A stretch of DNA of 64,000 nt from Vicugna vicugna (lineage: Eukaryota). Positions 14,401 through 27,846 of the stretch are shown here, in pieces. The DNA lies in the NCBI GenBank assembly GCA_013265495.1, contig MU058540.1:2257696-2321695 (forward strand), given 5' to 3'. Position numbers and translations under genes: made by a program. Under the pieces are notes generated by a model that saw only the letters and a list, made by a program, of their open reading frames with translations, was not told where the DNA came from and made no database searches. The first letter of the stretch is position 1. Each line of letters opens with the position of its first letter.

Positions 14401-15380
14401 ATGAAATAGAAAATATAAAGACCAATTACCAGTAAGGAAACCAAGTCAGCAATTAAAAAAAAAAAAGCCCACAAAAAACAAAAAAAACCCAACAAACAAA
14501 AGTCCAGGACCAAATGGCTTCACAGGTAAATTCTACCAAATGTTTAGAGAAGAGTAATACCTATTCTTGTCAAACTATTCCAAAAAATTTCAGAGGAAGG
14601 ATGCTTCGAAACTCATTCTATGAGGCCAGCATCAACCTGATATCAAAATGAAAGATATCACACAAAAAAGTAAACTACAGGCCAATATCACTGATGAATA
14701 CAGATTCAAAAATTCTCAACAAAAAATTAGCAAACCAAATTCAATAATACATTAAAAGGATCATACACCATGACCAAGCGGAATTCATCTCAGGGATTAA
14801 AGGACAGTTCAATATCCACAAATCAACAGATGTGATACACCACATTAACACATTGAAGAATAATAACCGTATGATCATCTCAATAGATGCAGAAAAGGCT
14901 TCTGACAAAAAACTCAACATCCATTTATGACACAAATTCCACAGAGTGGGCATATAGGGAACATACCTCAACATAAATAAATACCATAAATAATAAACCC
15001 ACAGTTAACGTCATACTCAACAGTGGAAACTTGAATGTATGTCCTCTAAAATCAGAAACAAGCCAAGGATGCCCATTCTCACCACTTTTATTCAACATAG
15101 TATTTGAAGTCCTAGCCACAGCAATCAGACAATAAAAAGAAAGAAGAAGGATCCAAATCGTAAAGAAAGAAATAAAACAGTCATTGTTTGCAGGTGACAC
15201 TACACGTGCAAAATCCTAAAGACACCACCAAAATACTACTGGAGCTCATCAATGAATTTGATAAAGTTACAGGATACATAATTAATATACAGAAATCTAT
15301 TGCATTCTATACATTAATAATGAACTATCAGAAAAATTAAAAAACGATCCAACTGACCATCACACCAAAAAGAATAAAAT

Positions 15381-15670
15381 GGGGGAAGGGGCTGGGAAGG
15401 GACAGACTGGGAGCTCGAAATCTGTAGATACTGACAGGTACATATAGAATAGATAAATAAGATTACATTGTATAGCACAGGGAAATATATACAAGATCTT
15501 GTGGTAGCTCGCCGTGGGAAATATATACAAGATCTTGTGGTAGCTCGCCGTGAAAAAGAATGCAACAATGAATATATGTATGTTCATGTATAACTAAAAC
15601 ATTGTGCTCTACACTGGAGATTGACACAACATTGTAAACTGACCATAACTCAATAAAATAAAATTTAAAA
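15381..15670 (+). mobile_element. Short LINE-1 3' end nested in ORF2 of the large L1
   Basis: Exact TSD AAAAAGAATAAAAT (15367-15380 and 15671-15684); contains a perfect 36-nt tandem duplication at 15480-15551. Confidence 0.9.
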
Positions 15671-16043
15671 AAAAAGAATAAAATACCTAGGAGTAAATTT
15701 AACTAAGGAGGTAGAAGACCTGTACTCAGACAATACACTGATGAAAGAAATTGAAGACAACACAGACGGAAAGATATATACCATGTTCACAGATTAGAAG
15801 ACTTAATATTGTTCAAATTACCATACTATCCAAGGCAATCTACAGATTCAATGTAATCCCTATTAAAACCCCAATGGCATTTTTCACAGAACTAAAACAA
15901 ATAATTCTAAAATGTGTATGGAAACACACACACACAAAAAACCCTGAATTGCTAAAACAATCTTGAGAAAGAAGAGAGCTAGAGGTGTCACATTTCCTGA
16001 CTTCACACTACTACAAAGGTACAGTAATCGAAACAGTATGGTA

Positions 16044-16111
16044 GAAATTGACACAACATTGTAAACTGACTATACGTCAATAAAAAATATATATATACAA
16101 ACATTAAAAAC
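16044..16111 (+). mobile_element. Ultra-short LINE-1 3' terminal insertion
   Basis: 'gaaattgacacaacattgtaaactgactatacgtcaataaaaa' plus an AT-rich tail, flanked by the repeat AGTATGGTA. Confidence 0.75.
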
Positions 16112-17536
16112 AAACGAAGTATGGTACTGGCACAAAAACAAACACATAAATGGAACAGAATTAAGAGCCCAGAAATAAACCCATGCACTTATGGTTAATT
16201 AATCCATGACAAAGGAGGCAAGAATACACAATGGAAAAGACAGCCTCTTCCATAAGTGGTGCTAGAAAAACTGGACAGCTACATATAGAAGAATTAAATT
16301 AGAACATTTTCTCATACCATATTAAAAAAAACTCAAAATGGATTACACTTTTCTGAATTTTTTTTTATTATTCTTACATTTATATTTTCCATAAAGTTTG
16401 GAACTGGCTTTAGTTCTTAACAGAATATTGTTTAGTTCTTAACAGGAGTAGAAAATTTATATATTAATTTAGGAAGAACTAATTATTATTTAAATCTGAG
16501 TCTTCTAAACTAATATATGTCTTCATGTATTCAGTATTTGAGATTACTTCTTAATCACGCATTTTAAAATGGTATTATTTAAAAAGTGGAAATATGGAGC
16601 TTTAATTACAGTATTAATTATCCCTGTTCCAGTAGCCTTAGTATATGGCAATGTCAAAGAACGCACCCAAGAATAATAATCACAGGTTTTGTCATGTAAG
16701 ATTTTCACCAGAAATAAAGGACAGTGATGTCACAGAAACCTACTATCCCAACATACTGTCCAATATAAAAATTTTTAAGAACTTATAATCACAGCCAAGT
16801 CTTGTTTCCTAAATAAGCATCACTATAAGGAACCAGAGTTCCTCAAAAGTGAGTGATACCACGGTTGGGGCAGGAAAAGTACAGGATGAATCTAGAATAT
16901 CTTGTGCCATAAAGTATAAAACTGCTTAAATTAGAAAGGAAACACGTCAAAGGACAAGAAGCCAGCTTTAAGGAGCTCCCAAAGGCTAAATATGAAAGAA
17001 TTTGAAATAATGAGAGTAATGGATTAAAACTCACTGAATAAAAGGGACTTCATATGTTCATGCCAAGATGATGACTATGACAATGAACAAATCAATGATA
17101 AGTGCATTTTTCTAATAACAGTATGCTGACCAATAACTACAGAAGGAAATGGTAGAATTAGATAATTACCATTTTGTAACCACTATATTAATAACTGATC
17201 TAGGTAAGAATCAACGATGAATGCTAAAATAGTGAAATTTCAAAGAGGAAAGTTATTTACATAGGTCAAAGTATCTCCCCACAAATAACTTATGAATTGC
17301 AAAGGGGAAAAGAAAAGTCACAGTTTTATGGTAGAGAAATTTGGCAGTCACTACCTTAACTAAGCAGTCAAAGGTAACATTACCAATATTGGGATGCATA
17401 TAATGAGTCTCTTGATGTGATGCACCAAGGAAGATACATTTCACTTACATAGTACCAACATGCATAACCTGAAACATGAGGAAACACAAAAATTTAAACT
17501 GAGAGACTTTCTAGAAAATTAATGGCTTGTATTCTT

Positions 17537-17696
17537 TTTTTTTTACATTTTTTATTGATTCATAATCATTTTACAGTGTTGTGTCAAATTCCAGTGTTCA
17601 GCACAATTTTTCAGTCATTCATGGACATATACACACTCATTGTCACATTTTTTTCTCTATGATTTATCATAACATTTTGTGTATATTTCCCTGTGC
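17537..17696 (-). mobile_element. Short antisense LINE-1 3' end
   Basis: Poly(T) start; exact 17-nt TSD TAATGGCTTGTATTCTT at 17520-17536 and 17697-17713. Confidence 0.9.
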
Positions 17697-18137
17697 TAAT
17701 GGCTTGTATTCTTAATATTAATGTCAGGAAAGACAAAGGCAGGCAAGGAACTGTTCTAGATTTAAGAGACACAAAAACTAAATGCAACGCATGATCCTGG
17801 GTTAGATACTAGACTAGAAAAAAACTTTTTTTTTCTATAAAGGACATTGGGACAACTGGCAAAATTTGAATAAGATCTAAATTAAATATTTTATAAATGT
17901 TTTATTTTCTATTTTGATAATTCTACTGTGATTATATAAGTGAAAGTCCTTTTCCTAAAGGAATGTGAAGTATTGAGGGGTAAAGGTGTACAATGTCTGT
18001 TACTTACTCTCAAATTATTCATAAATAAAGGCTTGTTTCAGGCATCCACACTTTGTACTCTAAGACTAAGCTGGCAACACAAACTTCTGTAGAGATTATG
18101 ATTATTTTCTAGAAGGCTTATCCACATTTATGATAAA

Positions 18138-18156
18138 TAGCCACTAGATGGCAATC
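18138..18156 (+). promoter_or_regulatory. Candidate CTCF binding site
   Basis: TAGCCACTAGATGGCAATC closely matches the CTCF core consensus CCASYAGRKGGC; lies in apparently non-repeat intronic sequence. Confidence 0.6.
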
Positions 18157-21100
18157 TGTGATCTCCTAACTCCTGCAGCCTTGGTTTCCACAGACAATAT
18201 TTTAGACTCAACTATAGTGGTGATCTTTAATAAACCATTAATATATAATAACATTATTTATTAAACAACCACTACACTCAAAATAGATGCTTTCACAATA
18301 GCCTATAAGGCCTTACATGATCTAACTTTTTCATTGCCCGTCCCCACCCCATCTCTGACTTTATCTCCTTAGGTCTATGTGAAAGTGTTGCCTTTTCAGA
18401 GAACTTCCTTGACTCTCCTATATAAAACAGCAGTCAGAGGCATGCCCTCCCCTACCTCTTTACCCTGCTTTATTTTTCTTCAGCACCTGACACTTCTTCC
18501 TTCCCACACTCCCAGAACGTTTCATGAGGACAGACTTTATTTTGGTCACTGCCTGTATTCCAAGTGCCTAGAAAAGAGATACATACAAGCAAGTATCTTC
18601 TCTTTCATTTTCAGCTGTTACTCACCATTCTTCAATTGAAGACCATTATACCCCACCCAATTCCCTAATGGAACTAGACTCTGGAGCTGTGAAGAGCATT
18701 GTATGTCAAGTGTTGAAGTATCTCATGTGGAAGGAAATCATCAAGAAATTTAAGCAGCAGAGTGACTCTACAAAAGCAGTGTTTTAGGAAAATTCCTTTA
18801 GCAAGAAGGTGGTAAAAATGTAGGAGGACTGGAAAGCAAAGATACAGGAGATACGGCAGAGGTATTAGTTACAGCCGAAGTCTCTGGTGTCAGGAGACTT
18901 AAGCTTGACCCCAAACTCTATAGTTCACCAGGGCTCCATGACTTCGGATAAACTGCTAATTCAAGAAGCTCTTTGTGCCCATCTAAGGTAAGGAAGAAAG
19001 CAGGAGGATGGGAGTAGTCACCAAAGCACTTACTCCAGCTCAGTACTGGGCTAGGCACTAATACACAATTTCATCATCAGAACCTTGCCATAGACAAGGC
19101 AACTCAGACTCAACGAACTCAAAAAATACATTGTCCAAGTTCATCCAACAACTGTGTTCGAGGCAAGGTGGAACCTGGGACTAAGTGATTCAAAAAGACA
19201 AGCTCTTTTTGGTAAACAGTATATGAGCATATACCTATATTATCCTTCCACCTAGAAACATGAGCATAAGTTACCGAATTTATCTTATTATATTCTTAAT
19301 ACTAGTAAAGAAAGAAATAGGCAAAATACAATTCCTGCAAAATCTATTCTCAAAGGCACAGGCAGTCATAGAAGAGAAAAAGAGTATCAAGGGAGCTTGC
19401 CACCAAGCTCATGTGTAGACAGAATGTGACATCTCTGACAAACTGCTTGATTGAAATGACATTCACAGGCAGAAGAGCAGTACCACAACAAGAGCAAAGT
19501 GAGTAAGATACAGTTGCCCATAAATTACACTTATAATTAGTCACAAAATAGGACTATCTTAGTATTTCTGGAGACAAAAATTCATAAGGCCATGCCCAAA
19601 AGGACAGTTAGCCTTGTTTAAAATGCCTACTCACTCAGAATAAAGAATTTAGAATTTGAGTAAATTTCATACATATAGGTTATCAACATGACACATGGTA
19701 CCAAGACCAAACTTCATGCCATTGATAACTGTTCACCACTACTAGTAACAAGTCTCATATGCTGATTAACACATATATTAAATGTTCTCAAACTTTTTGA
19801 TAAGCTATCCTAAAATACCTATAAAAACTGCCCAAGGCATTTAAGCCACCAATAAACTTGTCACCCAACAGCAATGAATTACATCTGGACTTAATCTTCA
19901 TCTATATAACCAAAGGTATAACATGGTACAAATGAATATGATTTTTATTTATCTAGCTCTTGCCAATTAACTTATGTATCCAGTGCTTCTATACTTTTCT
20001 GAAAACGAACAAAGTATATTTAACTTATTCTGCGGTTTTTGACAACTTTCTGAAACCATTCCTTGTTAAAGTTATTGAAAAACTAGATACTCCGGTCTTC
20101 ATAGCTCACCTCATGGATCTTTTCCAAATTCCCAAAGTTAATCTTCCAGTAAGAGGCACACAGACCACAGGGCTCCTCCACAACTGTACTTACTGTAACT
20201 TTAGGAGACAGTGTTGAAGACAGTATTAAGCCTGTTAATTAGGCCAATTGACGACTAACCCTCACCCTGAAGATTCTATGGCAGAGATTACAAACTGCAG
20301 GCTGTAAGCCAAATCCTGCCCTGAAACCTTTGTTTATCAAGTTAGGAAAAAAAAATCAAAATAGTTTGAGAATCACAGTTTAAAAAAAGATTTTCAGGGT
20401 CTCTTGAAAAATCTGAAGGACTGGTAATACGACTGATCTTCTTACAGGACAAAGAAGAAAGCCTACTCCGTACATTCTGATAATCACCATTACCCTTTGG
20501 CTTATGACAGTATGCTTCAGAAGCCACACTCTAAATAAACATAATCACAAATTACTGTACATAATATTCATTTTAAACTAAGAACACAATGACCCAAGTT
20601 CTACAAGACTTAAAAAAGCCAAAGATGATGTAAAATGAAAGCAAAAATGAAACAAATTAATCTGTGTACCAGGTGGTAACATAATCACACAGCAAAGAAC
20701 TAGCCCACTTAACTTTAAAACTCAGTAATTTGACTCTATATCTCTAGTGAAATACTATACCCGAAGAACAACATCAAAAAGAAATCATTAACTTTCTTCA
20801 ATAATCATATTGGTGATGGTAGTGTTGACACTGTCATTCTGAAACTATTTTGTATTTACACTGTGGGAAAAGAAAGTGAATAATCATGTTGATACTGTTG
20901 AGAACTGGGGTTTTCAGTGTGGGATAAAGGAGGCAGAGATGTAAAATCAAAGAAGGAAAGGAAAAGCCCCTGGGTCATTTAATTTGATTTTTAAGTATAA
21001 CTCATTTTTTTTAAAGAGAAAAAACACAACTTATTTCCTAACTCTAACCACAGAAAAGGCCTAGAAACAATGACTAACTCGGTAGAAATAAGCACCTTAA

Positions 21101-24100
21101 GTGCCCAGATTGTGATCTACAAACGCCATTTCCCACTAAAGGGATTCTTAGAGGAAGGGCTATTTCCTGTCTGGGGCATAAAATGTACAAGTCTGGACAA
21201 ACTGTTACACCAGAAAACAAAAAGCTATCAAAGATGCTTCAGGCTGAGTCAAAAGGACTCAGGGGCCATCATGAAGGGACTCTGGCCAAAGATAGGACTA
21301 TCAATAAAAATAACTATACATGCTATAAAATGCATGAACTTTGAAAACATGCTAAGTCAAAGAAGCCAGTCACAAAGACCATATACTGTATGATTCCATG
21401 TATATGAAATGTCCAGCCTAGGAAAATCTATGGAGACAGAAAGATTAGTGGTTGCCTATGACTGGAGGTCAGGTAGCATGTGGGGTAAGGAGGAGTCACT
21501 GCTAATGGGTACAGAGTTTCTTTCTGAGGTAATGGAAACATTTCAAAATTACTAGATCATGGTAATGCAAGATGCAAGACTCTGTGACCATACTGAAAAC
21601 CACTGAATTGTACACTTTAAACAGGTGAACTTTATGGTATATAAATTATACTTCTATAAAGCTATATAAAACAAAAACTATGTAAGCTGCACATAACAAA
21701 ACCAAACAGGATTGAACCAAAAATGTTTAAATCTGTGAGTTCATAATCAAATAAATCTTTATCAGTTATTTTGGAGGATGCTGGGAATCCAGCTTATTTA
21801 TTCTGAAAACTGGAAAGAATTTATCCAGTCTGTCATATATATGAAGTGTCTCTCTGGTTAACCAGAGATGAGGTGAAGTATCTCTTTACAAAAGTATAAC
21901 AATAAATAAATTAAAGAATAGTAGAACATTACCACTTTGAAGACCTAAATAAAATGGATCTAGGCAATGATTAAAGGCTACTAACATCACACACACAAGA
22001 GTCAACAAGACAGCAGGTGCCATCATATAGAAGTATACACCACCACCAATGAAGCAGTATAGCAAAAACAAATTTGCAAAGGGAAAAAAAAAAAAGGAGA
22101 ACCTATAAATAAAAAGACCAGAGAGACTTTTAAAACAATGGCAAGGTAAGGACTCAAACAAACTTAAAATTAGCAGGGAAATTTGAATACTTGTTGGATA
22201 TTTGAACTTGTTTTTAAAAAATGTTATGTGTGATAACAGTACTGTAGTCGTCTTTTAAAAAATTAAGAGTCCATATCTTACAAAACAATATGATGTCTGG
22301 GATTTGCTTTAAAATAAGATAGAGGGGAGCGGAAGATGTAGATGAAACAACATTAGCCACAGTTGACAATCATTAAAGTTGAGATGGATATATTAAAGTT
22401 TATTTTGCCATCTTCTCTCATTTTATATATATTTGAAATTTTCCACAAAAAAGCTTTAAAAAAGACAATCAATCATGCTGTCAATTCTGCACATCCTCAG
22501 TATTACTGCATTTCACAAATTCAAACATGAAAATGTCCCCCACCATTTCACATCTCTGAAAAGACACATCTTACAGTGAATGGTGTATCAGGTTAATTGG
22601 CAGTATTTTTTCCTTAGTGGTACATAAAATGGTGAACCAAGTGAATGATAACATCTTAAATCCAGTAAAAATAACTGTAAGAGTATAAATATATTCCTAT
22701 TTCTTCTTGCCTATACCATTATTTGCATTGCTTCTGGGAAGGAAGAGTTCAAAAAACACTCCTGGCTATCAGAATTTTCTTACTTGCTTGGGATTAATTC
22801 AGTTACAGTGAGAGAAGCATTAAAATAATACTTTAGCCAATACAAAAATGATCTTAGTCCCCAAACCAACATTAGTAGTAGACCAGATCTGGGGGACACT
22901 AGGGAAAAGCCTACCTAAGGTGGAAAACAAAGAAACAAAAAAGTTTATTACTGCAGTTATTCTACCAAGTCTAAAAAATATAGTAAAAATGGATTCTAGT
23001 TGACCAACCTGTCTTTCCTTCACTTTTAATAAAGGAATCCCTAAGCACCCATCACTTTTAGCACTTCAACAAGTTGCTGGTTTCAAGTAATCTAAAGGAA
23101 CATGGTAAATCTGGCAAGCCTCTGGGCCTCACCGTAGTAGATACACTTACACAAACAAAATTTACTAACATATATAAACTTACTGAGGAAGAAAAGAGGA
23201 CAAGAAAATATTTCTGACAAGAGCAATTCTAGAAGTGCAGTTTTGCAAGTACATACTTCAACGAAATCACACAATTAAAAATTTAACTGATTTTTAAACA
23301 TATATTTGACACTGAAAACTCAAAGATAAAAAGCAAATAAAAATACGGATTAGCCATTTTTTAAAAAATCATTTTATGTCAAAAACACTATAAATGAAAT
23401 CTAAAAGGCTAACAAGCTGAGAAATACAAATCTTTGACATAACAAAAGATATATTAGTAATAAATGGCTTTTAAGATCAAGAAAATAATCAACAGTCAAA
23501 TATAAAAATGGACAAAAGATAAGAGTAGGCCAATAAAAATATCCTCCAACAGGTCAATCTTGTTAGTAATTAAAGAAATTAAAACAAGATACCTTACAGA
23601 TGACCAGCTTTGGGGAGTTTTTCAAATACTGTCCAGGTCTGGTAGCTTAGCAGGAGCTAGAAGAATATTCCTACTCCTAATACTGTGACTTGAGCAGCCT
23701 TCTTTCACTCACCTCCTTCAAGTGTCACCTTCTCAATGTAGCCTCCATCAGATCACTCTATTTAAAACTGTACCCCCAATCTCCACTTCTGAATATCCCT
23801 TATCTTTCTTTATTTTTCCACCTTACCATCTAATATACTTTGTAATTTACCTATGATGTCTATTGTTTATTCTATCACCATTAAAATAAAAAACTGCTTC
23901 TCAGTGTTTAACAAATAGGAGTTAAACTGGCTAACTTTTTCTGAAGAAAACTGTTGACAATATGAATTAAAAATCTTTAAAATGTGCATATAAGTAATAT
24001 CACTTCTAAGAATTTATCCTGAGGAAATAATCACTGATGTGAGCAATGGTTATCCAAAAGATTATTCACCTTAGCTGTGAATTGTGAAAAACTGTAAACA

Positions 24101-26391
24101 GCCTACAGGGAACATTTAAAACGATGTGAAATATTTAATGCTATGGAAAATGTTCCTGGTAACATTAACTCGGGAAAAGCACCAATGATTCTATTTTTGT
24201 CTTAAGAAGTATATACATGCTTATTAATAGGAACTAAAATTATGGTACATTCATTTAATGGAATGCTAGATGAAGCTACTCTGTATCTTGCTATGGAAGC
24301 ATTTCTAAGATACAGTGAAAAAGGCAGACCTTAAAAAAATATTGAGGCTGCCCTCTATGGAACTGATAAAGAACCAATTTCCAAGGTACACTGTTAAGTG
24401 TAAAAAGCATCCAATGTAATTTTTTAAAATGGTTTCAAGTTTATGTACTCTACTCTTCACTGGAAAAAAATGTTGGAAATTTTTAAGTATTGTCCCTTCA
24501 AAGTTTTCAATCTAACAACTACATTTTTGGAAAATTAAGAAATAAAACCATCTCCCCTCTGACTCCATAGATGAATGAGTGCTGGAAAGAACAAAAGCAC
24601 TTCACCAGCTCAAATAATTTTACTACCAAATGTATACTAACTCCATAAAGTTCTTTAATAGCATAAAAATGAAAATTACTCTTCAAACTAACTTCCTAAG
24701 ATAACTAATAAAATTATTAGATATGAAATCCATTCTGGAATTATATTCCATGGAAACAATTTCAAAAGCAGACATAAATTGCGTCAAATTATAAAAGCTT
24801 ATAATAAACAGATAAAGGTACACAGCTATTGATACATATATTGAAAACTGAATACTGAAAGGGAGACAGAACATTGTATCCTTTTACAGCCATACCCCAG
24901 TGGGCCCCGAATGTGTCCCTAAACACCCAGCATCCTGAGGTCCCTTATTTGGAAAGACCAAAAGGAACTGTCACTTGCAGATAGCAATGGTTAGTATCTA
25001 GGCTTTGGAGTGTGTCAGATCTGGGTTAGAATCCTAGCTTTAAATCTTCTAGGGGAGTAATTTGACAAGTCTCAAATCCCTTATCTGTAAAGCAAAATAG
25101 AGATGATCACCAACTAGTTAATGTTAGTAAATAAAAGTACAGTGTCTGAGAAGTAAAATGGAGAAGGAATTCTTCAAATAAGATAATTAAAAATCCCCAA
25201 AGTCAGATCTTCCAGCACAGAAAAAGAACCCAAAGGAAACAAATCCTAAAGAGTACTGAGCTGGAAGGCAAGTTGCTGGATTCTAGGTTTGACCCTGCTA
25301 TAAACAGCTCCACGGGCATATTATTCAAAATATGTAGGTTCTAGTTTTAAGATCTACAAAATCAGAGGACTAAAAATCCTTTCCACCTGTACCACACCAC
25401 AACTAAATTACTAGGATGCTATTTACTGTTGTACCTCCAAAAGTTTCTAACATTTTTCACTTAAATGTTTGGGTTTTTTTTAACTTCAAGTCCTGATCAG
25501 TTTTCATTATGACTGATTTACCAGTCATAACATGTTAAACAGTTTAGTTAACTAAGTCATCCAAGGTCAGATTGCTAAAAAGTGGTAAAATTAGAATTCA
25601 AACCAGATCTGACTCATTCCAAAGACCAAACTACAGCATGCTTCTTCCTCAGACCTTCTCCCTGACTAATCAATCTCCTGTACCTAGCAGCTTGGCTTTG
25701 CAAAATGACTGGAAGTCAGGAGTGCAGTTAGCAGTCATGGAACAGAGTCAAGTTACCTGAGTCAGGTGGAGCCTGAACTTCTGACACAGGACTCTAACCA
25801 AGTTAATTAATTAGACATATCATCTACTTAAAAGAAGGCTGGAGAAACCAAAAAAAAAAAGGGGGGGTAAAATTATTAAGAAAAACCATTAATTGAAGAT
25901 AAAAATGAAAATAAAGCACCTCTGAAACTACAAGTAAATGAGGAGTGATTCAAGGAGTCAAAGTTGTACAAGATGAAATATTCAGTAAAATAACAGCTAA
26001 TTATCCATACTATTCTCTTATTTTTGTGCAAGTACAGAAAAAATTAAGAACACAAATAACTCTACCCACAGTAGTGAATGGAGGAGTCACAGATAATCTA
26101 AAATACACACACTTGGCTTTAGAAATAAAGTATATGGCCTAAATGGATAATCCAAAGTAATGAATATCTGAATTTACAAATAAATTATACGATTATCCAT
26201 ACATATTTACCTCCCAATTTCTAGGTTTATTCAGGCTAATATCGAGGTTCATTTCCACGTGGAGACATGGAGAGATCAGGACAGATGAATTCTAAACAGT
26301 AAAAATAAAATCACCACCTCCTTATATCAGCAGAAAATGTATCTTTTTATAACACATTCATATTAGCTCAACAGGGAATAATGACTCTAAG

Positions 26392-26429
26392 GTGCACGCG
26401 CGCGCGCGCGCACACACACACACATACAC
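26392..26429. repeat. (CG)7-(CA)n alternating purine-pyrimidine microsatellite
   Basis: gtgcacgcgcgcgcgcgcgcacacacacacacatacac, seen directly. Confidence 0.95.
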
Positions 26430-27785
26430 TAGTAAGATTTAAATTTCCACTGCACAGAGGAACCGGGTTAGCTCCTTGTTGTTTCCATTAAACCCATCCG
26501 GGAGTAAAAACTGGTTTTCGAATCATCCACACAAGGATAATCAAGAGGCAAATAAATACACACCCAAACATTTACTGATAAAAATCACATTTAAATGCCT
26601 TGGTAATCAAGCACATTACAAAATAAAAAATTTCCTAAGACAGTTAATAGAAAGGAAGCAAGACGTGAGGTTACACCACTTCAGCTCTATTGACAGAAGT
26701 CATTATGGCTCTCCTGAAACATTAGGTAGTCACCAAAAGCCATACACACACACAAGACCCTACCTGGTACTGTCATTCAGAAAGGAAACCTAGGAAAGCC
26801 TCTGAAATGTGTTTTATCAGCTCAGAAGGGCTTAGATGGTATACAATTCCACAGAACACCAAGTAAATGGGAAAGTGTCCAAAAATGCACTTTTCTTCTG
26901 AACACAAATTGTCTAAAAGAATTTCCAAGACCCTTTGTAATTAAAAGTGAGTACAAGATATAAGTTCTTCAGACTAAGCCTCACTTGCAGAAGCCCTCTA
27001 CTGGACGTTTTTGTGAAGCTGTGACCAACTTTTGTGTTTCCCACAACAGCGCTAACACCACGATTATGCATCCTGATAAAAACGGACATGTGGCACTTAA
27101 TACACCAAACCAGAATCACCAAGTGCGCTGGCTAAAGAACTTCCTCGTCACCTTGATGCCCACTCCAGAAGTTATCTATCAGCATTCAGGGCAAGGACTT
27201 GAGAAGCAGTAACAGAAACCGGCTGTATACCCAGTGGTCTGCCTGCACACTGTAAGGAAGGCGATGAGCCCTGCAGGCTCAGGAAGCTGCCTAACCCAGA
27301 GGAAAGCTCCATGCCATCCCGTATAAAAGGGAGCGTGTGGCTAGCAGACAAAAACAACGAAAATTCAATTCTGTGACTGCCTACCCTGCAGACGTAGGAG
27401 GCAAGTTAAGAAGCTGAGAAGTAGGTATGGGAAAGACAGCAGAGTTCACAAACTGATAATGATCTACCAGTTCGGTGGGGAGGCCCAAACTCGGGGAGCG
27501 TGTGCCTCCTCTCTGGAGCTGGGAAGGTACTGTACCGGTAGAGCTCGGCCCCTCCCCCAACGGCCCTTTCCAGCAGGCGCGGGGCTGCTAAGACCCAGAC
27601 TCGGCCTTCAGCAACATTAGCTCCCTTGCACATGGTTCAGGGGAGCTACCCTCCTCGGCCGCCCGGAGGCCATGTGGCTGAGGCCGCAAGAAGCCCAAAC
27701 CCGGTACACGATGATGGCGTGAAACCAGCGCAGAGGAGGTGCGGGAAGAAATCCAAAGAATGAAATGTTGGGGTGCGAGACTCAC

Positions 27786-27846
27786 TTCCTTTGGGCTTTG
27801 TCCTTCTTGGCCTTGGTCCTTTTCTTTCGGGCCTGGAGCGCAAGCA
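27786..27846 (-). CDS. SRPK1: SRPK1 coding exon 2 (VLALQARKKRTKAKKDKAQRK)
   Basis: Pyrimidine tract ...ctctctcctgcag| acceptor and |gtgagt donor; 61 nt. Spliced to exon 1 it gives MERKVLALQARKKRTKAKKDKAQRK, the recognised SRPK1 N-terminus. Exon 3 was not seen, so 1-27785 is taken as intron 2. Confidence 0.95.

Larger units (their letters stand above)
9939..16345 (+). mobile_element. Large decayed LINE-1 with 5'UTR, ORF1 (ATG ~12312) and ORF2 (ATG ~13488), lacking its 3' end; several nested insertions
   Basis: 5' YY1-type CAAGATGGC (9949-9957); ORF2 start MAVSSYLTIITLNVNGL; RT motifs [20 protein letters not shown] and a mutated LFADD at ~15184; [10 protein letters not shown]. Many stops and internal deletions (e.g. 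~13605). Confidence 0.92.

Noticed and set aside
9939..16345. Active LINE-1
   Set aside because: Stops, frameshifts, an endonuclease-region deletion, a mutated RT catalytic motif, nested insertions and a missing 3' end.
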